Source of the DNA: Chiloscyllium plagiosum
Lineage: Eukaryota
Direction: 5' to 3'
NCBI RefSeq assembly: GCF_004010195.1
Contig: NC_057720.1
Location: forward strand, 28,869,986 to 28,898,575
DNA length: 28,590 nt
The number at the start of each line of letters is the position of its first letter. Positions within the stretch are counted from its first letter, which is position 1. Shown one piece after another: positions 21,620-28,590 of the stretch. The notes under the pieces were generated by a model. That model was not told the origin of the DNA. It saw only the letters and a program-made list of their open reading frames with translations, and ran no database searches. The position numbers were made by a program, and so were the translations under genes.

Positions 21620-21955
21620 TAAATTCATTCACGGGATGTGGGCTTCACTGGCTATGCCAGCATTTATTACCCATTCATAATTGCTCAGAGGACAGTTAAG
21701 TATTGACCACATTGCTGTGAGTCTGGAGTCACATATAGGGCAGACCATGTAAGGACAGCATTTTCCTTCCCAATGGATATGCGTGAACCAGAAGAGATCT
21801 TCTGACAATTGGCAACAGTTTCATAGTCACCATTAGGCTCCTAATTCCAGATATTTATTTAATTCAAATTCTACCATCTGCCATGGTGGGATTTGAAACT
21901 GAGTCCCCAGAACATTAATAGACTGGCAATAACATTAATAGGCCACCAGCTCCCC
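21620..21955 (-). mobile_element. tRNA-derived SINE, near full length
   Basis: Minus-strand head GGGAGCTGGTGGCCTA and B-box-like GTTTCAAATCCC; a partial second copy lies at 26508-26621. Confidence 0.8.
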
Positions 21956-22140
21956 TCCCAATCACCTTGCAAACAGAGATCCTCCGTTCCATCTCCTGGT
22001 CTTTTTGCAGACCAGGAGGTGCTATAACTTAGCTGTCATATCTGAATCATTGAATAGTTTGCAGTCTTCCTTAACTGCGTTCAGAAACTAAAAGCATCCT
22101 CAAGGGCCCAGCTCAGTGCTTCTAGCAACTCAAAGTAAAA

Positions 22141-22380
22141 TATTTTCTAATCAGCCTTCTCGAGGTGTTATTGCACACCTCTAGAGTAGGTGGGACTTGA
22201 ACGCAGGCCTCCTAATCCAGAAGTAGGGACATTACTAAGTGTCTCAACCACCTCTGCTTAAGATATTTTCAAATCAACCTGTTCGGATATACTATTACAC
22301 ACCTCTAGAGTTGGTGGGACTTAGACCTCGGATCTCCTGGTTCAGAGGTAGGGACACTACCATTTTGCCATAAGAGACCT
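22141..22380 (-). mobile_element. Tandem dimer of a short tRNA-derived SINE
   Basis: Two ~120 bp units sharing CACACCTCTAGAGT(A/T)GGTGGGACTT and GTAGGGACA; minus strand has A-box-like TGGCAAAATGG and B-box-like GTTCAAGTCCC. Confidence 0.75.
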
Positions 22381-22494
22381 CAAATTGTGCACAGGCAAAA
22401 GATCCTAAAAAAACCTGTGACATACTGAATGAACCTTTAATTAGCATCGCTTTAGGGTGCATCTTACAGCAAGATGCCTGATCTCTCTGCAGGG

Positions 22495-23260
22495 ATAGAA
22501 GGTACTATAGCCAGATTTACAGATGACACAATCATAGACGGAAAAGTAAATTGGAATAAAGAAATAGGAAATTTACAAATGGATATGAATATGTTCGGTG
22601 CATTGGCCAAAATTTGGCAAATGGATTTTAACATGGGTATGTGAGAGGTTATCCAATTTGGTTGGAAGACTAGAAAGGCAACTCTATATCGAAATGGAGA
22701 GAGATTTCAGGAGGGATCTGCATGTCCTCATGCATGAATTGTAGAAAATTAGTATGAAGGTACTGCGGGTAATAAGGAAGGTAAATGGAATTTTGGCATT
22801 TTCTAAAGGAATAGAGATAAAAATTGGGAAGTAATGCTGTAACGTTACAAGACGTTAATGAGATCGAACCTGGAGTATTGCGTACAGTTTTGATCCCCTT
22901 ACTGAGAAGGGATGTAGTTGTACTGGAGGCAGAGGAGATGCACTAGATTGGTTGCAGAGATGAGGGGCTTGTCTTATAAAGAGAGATTAAGTAGGTTAGG
23001 CCTAGTCTCTCTCGAGTTTAGAAGAATGAGAAGAGACCAAATTGAAGTATATAAGATGCTAAAAGGGATTGACAATGTTGGTGTGGAGAGGATGATCTCT
23101 CTTGTGGAGCAAGGGGTAGAAGATTTTAAACAGAGGTGTGGAGCTACTACTTCTCTCAAGGGTCATGAATCTGCGAAATCCCAGAGTGCTGGGACATTGA
23201 GTAAATTTAAGGAGGAGATAGACAGATTTTTAATTAGTAGCATGTCGAAGGGATATATCT
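22495..23260 (+). mobile_element. Old CR1 ORF2 3' part
   Basis: RFTDDTII, WQMDFN, LEYCVQF, GLSYKERLSRLGLVSLEFRRMR. Confidence 0.9.
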
Positions 23261-23344
23261 GAGACTTCCAGTGCTGCTGCTGAGGCCTGTGTGTGGTCTC
23301 TCATTCTCCCAGAAAATTTGGTGGCATCTATAACAATTTTTTAA

Positions 23345-24020
23345 ACATACGACCACAAGGAATAGAAGCAAACCATTCAGCCCCTTCAGCCTGCTCAGCC
23401 ATTCAATAGGATCATGGCTGACCTCAAATATACAGTTCCCTAAGAGGAAACATCCTCTCCACATCTCCATAATTACCCTGTCAAGTTTCCTCAGGAGTTT
23501 ATATGTTTCAACCAAGTCACCTCTTAATCTTGCAAACTCCATTGGGTACAAGTCCAGCCTGTCCAACGTTTCCTCAGAAGACAATCCACCCATTGCAAGT
23601 ATTAATCTGTTAAACATTCAGTAGACTACTTCCAATGGATTAAAATCATTCTTTAAATAAAATGACCAATACTGTACACAATACTCTGGAATTGGTCTCA
23701 GCAAGGCCCTATGAAATGAGAGCATGCTATTAGCCTTCCTGATCACTTGCTGTACCTGCATACCAGCCTTTTGCTAATTCAGGACTAGGACACCTAGATC
23801 CTTCTGTATCTCAGAACTCTGCAATATCTCATCATTTAGATAATTTTTTTTATTCTTCTTGATAAAATGGGCAATTTCACTATTTTCCCACATTTTACTC
23901 CCTTTTCTAGATCTTTGCCCACTCATGTAATATATCGATATTGTTTTGTAGCCTCTTATGTCCTCCTCAAATCTTTCTTTCCTACCAATATTTGAGTCAT
24001 TAGTAAATTTATATAAGTTG
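23345..24020 (-). mobile_element. Old CR1 ORF2 3' part
   Basis: LDRLDLYPMEFARLRGDLVETYK; CR1 tail near 23350-23420. Confidence 0.85.
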
Positions 24021-24149
24021 TAAACAAGTTGACTGCACTACGTAATCCTATTTTTGTGCCAAAAATGCCCCATTGCACTAATAAGCACAAGAATTCTCTT
24101 ACATGTTTTGGGCAATATTAATTTCACAAATAACATTACAAAATACTTG

Positions 24150-24312
24150 GATGAACTGGTCATTATCACATTGCTGTTCCCAAATTGGCCTCCATATTTT
24201 TTACATTACAACATTGACCATGATCGCTCATCAAAGGCACCTCATTGGCTAGAAAGTACTTTAGGTGTCCTGTGGTCCTGAAGTGCATCATAAAGATGTA
24301 ACGGTTTCCTTT
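24150..24312 (+). mobile_element. DeuSINE/SacSINE1-like SINE 3' part with L2-type tail
   Basis: CTGGTCATTATCACATTGCTGTT...CAAATTGGC...TACATTACAACA...CTCATTGGCT resembles the AmnSINE/SacSINE 3' region as I recall it. Confidence 0.6.
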
Positions 24313-25859
24313 TAAAGTCAAAACTGATAATTAAAAGACATCCTTATATCTAAACACTTCATTTTTTTAAAAAATCAACTGGAATTATCAACATATTAAT
24401 ATTATTCAGAATATTCTCTCACTCTTACAACTTGAACTTACTAAGCAAAAATTCGTAGATTTTACAATTTTTTCAGCTTTGTGTATTAATGAGGTTCAAT
24501 AAAGTTCTGAAAGGCTACACACAATCCCACATATATTGCTCATATGCGTATGAAAAGCACTCCCACCATCATTTCATCATGTCATGGATGAAATCTTAGC
24601 ATCATACACACAGCATTTACACTTATTAAGCTGTAAAACAATATTCTGTTGATGCCAGTCATTCCGTCAATTCATAAACAATGCCTGGAGTCCCTAATCT
24701 CATCTATAATTAACATGTAATTGCAAGAATGTGCTCATTTAATTGCTATATCATAATAATACTTTATTTCATGGTCATGGACAAAGCTTGCAGGAACATG
24801 AAAATGACTGAACCCAGGACTTACTAAATATACACTGACACTTTTTTAACGAAACACCATAAAAATTAGTTTCCGCAATTAACATCACCAAAAAAATTGA
24901 ATTAACTAATTATTTTTGTAATATTGTAATATCTATAATCACTGATAAACCTGATCATTTCCGTTCTCCCCCCATCACTGCAAGAGGCGATGTTGGAGTG
25001 ATAGCACAATAACATTGTTGGCCTCCCTCTCATCTCTTCAGTGTAGGAGACAGGTTTCACTCTGCCTGTCTCTTGGTAATCACTTCAAAACTCATCACAG
25101 TCATCAAAAGTAATCAATATGCCAGATGGGAACATTTATTACAACCATTGCAGCTCCTCGTCTCAATGTTAATTGCCCGTTTATCTTCTCTTCATTGATA
25201 CATTGAAATGCATTCTTGTGAACATTGATTTTCATTTGCAAAAACAAAGAAGAAAATATTCAAAACAGCAACCTTCTCACCCTCCCCTTCGAGAAAGAAA
25301 AAGAGGTTTAGTTTTTTTCAAAAAGCAATTTCCTATTTTAGCAATAGTACAACTTCAACAGTGAGGCGCAAATAAATAAATCTTTAAGTATATGCAGTTT
25401 TGGTATAATGACAGCTTGCATTTTTTTTTAACAGTGGTTGCAAGTGAAGTTTAATAGCTGGCTTACAAAACCTTCTTTATTTCCTTACAGGTTTTGTTGT
25501 AGAATTAGTCCTGGGCTGTTTGGTTTTAGTTCAATATTCAAAGAAGGTCCTGTTCCTTTCTCAGAAATTGGTGCATCAGGCACTGTAGATCAAATTCTGT
25601 CATGTGCTAATAACTAAGTAGACAGTGCTCATGTTTTGAGTCATCCATTGTCAGGGTTATTGGTTCCACACACATTGACATTTGCTACATCTTACTTGTG
25701 TGATTGTGAGGGCAATCGGAACACAGACTTATTTCATGCAAAACTGCATCCTCTTCAGTTTGCACCATAACGATGTTTTTGACAGGATTGTTTGTTTAAT
25801 TTAAATAATCAAGTTTGGCGGAAACATATTCAAATATGTCCATATAGTCCTACTATTTG

Positions 25860-25980
25860 TTTTCTCTGTTTTCTGCCAACCAGTTCTCTATCCATGTCAG
25901 TGGATTACCCACAATCCCACACACTTTAACTTAATATGCTAATCTCTTAGGTGTTATCATCTGAAAAGCTTTCTGAAGCT
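25860..25980 (-). mobile_element. CR1 RT fragment
   Basis: Minus strand encodes FRKLFR (FQKAFD-like) and WIENWLAENR. Confidence 0.7.
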
Positions 25981-26248
25981 TTCATATTCATTTTTCATAT
26001 TTTTATAGTTACCTATTCGGATGGATTTAAGATTGGCTCGCTAATAGCAAAAAGACAGTTGGCATAAATGAATCATTTTCTAGTTGACAAGATGCAATGA
26101 GTAGGGTATCACAGGGATCGTTGCTGGGGCCTTTGAGATTTTCAGTTATAAAAATGAGTTGGATAGGTTACTGCAAGGGGAATTGGTACAAAAATAGAGA
26201 GGTCACGCTTCAATTATACAGGGCACTAATGAGACCAGTTCTGGAGAC

Positions 26249-26345
26249 ATGAACAGAAGTTGATGGTAAGGCTCAGCAGGTCTGGCAGCATCTGTGCAGA
26301 GAAATCAGAGTTAACGTTTCGGGTCCAGTAACCCTTCCTCAGAAG
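26249..26345 (-). mobile_element. Penelope-type mini-element (family C) with intact hammerhead-like core
   Basis: Minus strand CTGAGGA-A-GGGT-tactgg-ACCC-GAAACGTTA (26312-26342); imperfect TSD CAGTTCTGGAGAC / CAATTCTGGACAC. Confidence 0.8.
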
Positions 26346-26507
26346 CAATTCTGGACACTGTATACACTGTTGGTCTTCTTAGTAAGGAAAGATGTAATGA
26401 AGGAGTTCAGAGAAGGTTTACTGGTCAAATACCTGGAATGGGTCAGCTGTCTTATAAAGAAAGGATGGTTGGATAGGCTGTGATCATCCAACTGGGGTTT
26501 TGCTTTA

Positions 26508-26621
26508 ATTCATTCCCTGAATGTGGACGTTGCTGGCTAGGCCAGCATTTATTGCCATCCCCAATTGCCAAGAGGACAGATAGGAGTCAAGCACATTGCT
26601 GTGGTTCTGGAGTCACACGTA
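26508..26621 (-). mobile_element. SINE 3' fragment, same family as 21620-21955
   Basis: Shares GCCAGCATTTATT and CACATTGCTGTG...TCTGGAGTCACA. Confidence 0.8.
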
Positions 26622-27093
26622 CACCTTTACACTTTGAGGTATGGTTTAGATACTAACTCAATCCTTTGCAACTCTCATTGCCTGCATAGCTGATGCTGCC
26701 CAGGCCAAGGTTACAGAGAAGGAATCTCAGTCATTAGAAGGATTTAAAATAAGGAGGAGGCATTGGATAAGTTGGTGGCCCTTAAAGTTAATAAGGCACA
26801 GAGATCAGATAAGATGCAACCAAGGATGCTGAAGGAAATGAGAGTGGAAGTGCAGAGGAATTGGCAATTATCCTTCAATCCTCTCTAGATTTGGGGTGAA
26901 GCTAGAGGACTGGAAAATTCCAAACATTATGCCTTTGCTCAAAATAAATTGTAAAGATTGGATTAGCAATCATAGAACAGATAGTTTACATTTGGTGGTG
27001 GGGAAACTTCTTGAAACAGTTATTTGAGATAGAATGAAAAACATGGAAAATATAGGTTAATTCAGAAGAGTCAGCATGTGTTTTGAAAATCAT

Positions 27094-27286
27094 TGAGGAG
27101 AAGGGCATGCCCGAAACGTTGATTCTCCTGTTCCCTGCTTGCTGCCTGACCTGCTGCGCTTTTCTAGCAACACATTTTCAGCTCTGATGATTCCTGAAGA
27201 AGGGCTTATGCCCGAAACATCGATTCTCCTGTCCCCTGGATGCTGCCTGACCTGCTGCATTTTTCCAACAACACATTTTCAGCTCA
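27094..27286 (+). mobile_element. Head-to-tail dimer of the family A mini-element
   Basis: ~101 bp period with two hammerhead-like cores, the first damaged; perfect 14-bp TSD GTTTTGAAAATCAT at 27080-27093 and 27287-27300. Confidence 0.9.
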
Positions 27287-27351
27287 GTTTTGAAAATCAT
27301 GTCTATCTAACGCTTGGATGTTTTTTGAAGATGTAATAGTGGTGATGTTGT

Positions 27352-27718
27352 TAGAACATAACAAAATAGCATTTTATTGTCATGTGCATTTTTACAAAAA
27401 AAAAGTGAAAAGTTTTATAAGTCACCATACCACGGCGCCTGTACTAATGACAGAAGTCATAGATAAGAAAGAAAAAAGTAAAAATTAAGACAGAGTTCAT
27501 CTTAGATCAATATCAGTTCAGGGAAATTATTTGAGACAATGAACATGGAATACCCAGAAGCCACCGCTGAAGAAGCCCTCCACACTGATGAGACTTCCGG
27601 GCCAGGACAAGGTTGCCACAATGGGAGACCACTGCTCCAGGCTGGAATGCACGACCTCCACTCCAGGACCGAAACCTAAATGCTACATGGTGGGACAAGA
27701 CCTCCACACTGGGACTTA
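27352..27718 (-). mobile_element. 5'-truncated non-autonomous retroelement with Rex/Babar-like 3' end
   Basis: Minus strand CTTTTCAC...GCACATGACAATAAAA end; 7-bp TSD ATGTTGT at 27345-27351 and 27719-27725; degenerate GC-rich repeats. Confidence 0.65.
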
Positions 27719-28049
27719 ATGTTGTGTACATGGACTTCCTAAAAGCATGTGATACTGTGTCATGATAGATTTGTAAGGAATGGTATAGGTCATGGAATAA
27801 AAGGGGCAGTAGCAATATGGACAAAAATTTGTTGAGTGATAGAAAACAGAGTACTGGCTAATACCTGCCTTTCAGGTGAGATGAAAGTTTGCAGTGGAGC
27901 TCATCAGGGGTCTATATTGGCATTGATGCTTTCCTTAATTTATATAAATGAATTATATCTCAGTGTGTAGGGTACAATTCCAAACTTTGCAGAGAGTACA
28001 AACTTGGGAGAATTATAAGCTTTGAGGAGAACAGCACAGAAGGTTAACT

Positions 28050-28191
28050 GACAATTTGGTGGAATAGACAGATAGGGCCAGATGAAGTTCGAAATGTGAG
28101 CAGATGTGATCGAAATGTGAGACAATTTGGTGGAATAGACAGATAGGGGCAGATGAAGTTTGAAATGTGAGCTGATGTGATCGAAATGTGA
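28050..28191. repeat. 71-bp tandem duplication with a nested ~21-bp duplication
   Basis: Units 28050-28120 and 28121-28191, each containing GAAATGTGA twice. Confidence 0.92.
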
Positions 28192-28276
28192 GCTTGCTAC
28201 AAGGAACGTGGCAACAGCACAAACTAAAGGGTATTGCTTTAAAGGATGTACACAAGAAGAGAGACCTATGTGTATA

Positions 28277-28590
28277 CTAATTTGGCAGGGGGATGGGATC
28301 CGGACTTGTAGTCCAGCAAGTAGGCTAGCTGTTTGTCAGGATGTCCAAGTGTGTGGGGAGGCTGTGAAGAAGGTAGCACTGACAGGGAATACTTGCGGAC
28401 ACAGAGATGGGTTCAAGTGCGTATACTTCAACGCAAGGAGTATCAGAAATAAGGTAGGTGAACTTAAGGCATGGATCGGTACCTGGGACTACGATGTTGT
28501 GGCCATCACGGAAACGTGGATAGAAGAGGGACAGGAATGGTTGTTGGAGGTTCCTGGTTACAGATGTTTCAGTAAGATTAGAGAGGGTGG
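28277..28590 (+). mobile_element. Young CR1, open ORF2 N-terminus (APE endonuclease), runs off the window
   Basis: Uninterrupted LIWQGDG...KCVYFNARSIRNKVGELKAWIGTWDYDVVAITETW...VPGYRCF; CpGs retained. Confidence 0.95.

Larger units (their letters stand above)
26010..28270 (+). mobile_element. Decayed CR1 ORF2 fragments with nested insertions
   Basis: RVSQGSLLGP at ~26103; a second piece from ~26700 with EDWKIPN, VVYMDFLKACDTV, GAHQGSIL and PNFAEST. Confidence 0.8.

Noticed and set aside
25031..25052. Iron-responsive element (CAGTGT loop on a CTCTT/AGGAG stem)
   Set aside because: The required bulged C five pairs below the loop is T and pairs instead; no UTR context.
27585..27676. CTGATGA...CGAAAC as another hammerhead
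   Set aside because: The intervening sequence does not close a stem II (GAC versus ACC), and no stem III or cleavage triplet follows.

Overview
Repeat-dense vertebrate genomic DNA, almost certainly from a cartilaginous fish. The CR1/HER1-type LINEs, an HE1/V-SINE-like SINE and Penelope-type mini-elements fit a shark; a bamboo/carpet shark is my inference. No intact host protein-coding gene is recognisable. Most of the window is nested, decayed CR1 fragments on both strands, tRNA-derived SINEs, two probable solo LTRs, a poly(A) retroposon tail, a Rex/Babar-like non-autonomous element carrying a ~1.9 kb 24-bp minisatellite, and a 153-N gap. Main signals: (1) at least seven ~100-330 bp mini-retroelements from three families, mostly TSD-flanked, sharing a hammerhead-ribozyme-like core (CUGANGA-A-stem II-GAAACGUH) with different but paired stem II sequences, as monomers, tandem copies and foldbacks; (2) an in-phase U_UUA_AAC slippery heptamer at the CR1 ORF1 (SGNH esterase)/ORF2 junction, with an ATG-less ORF2 in the -1 frame; (3) two ~46-50 bp locally templated copies; (4) enhancer-like unique islands and weak candidate exons. 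Family names come from recalled motifs, not database searches. Repeat boundaries are approximate unless a TSD is given.
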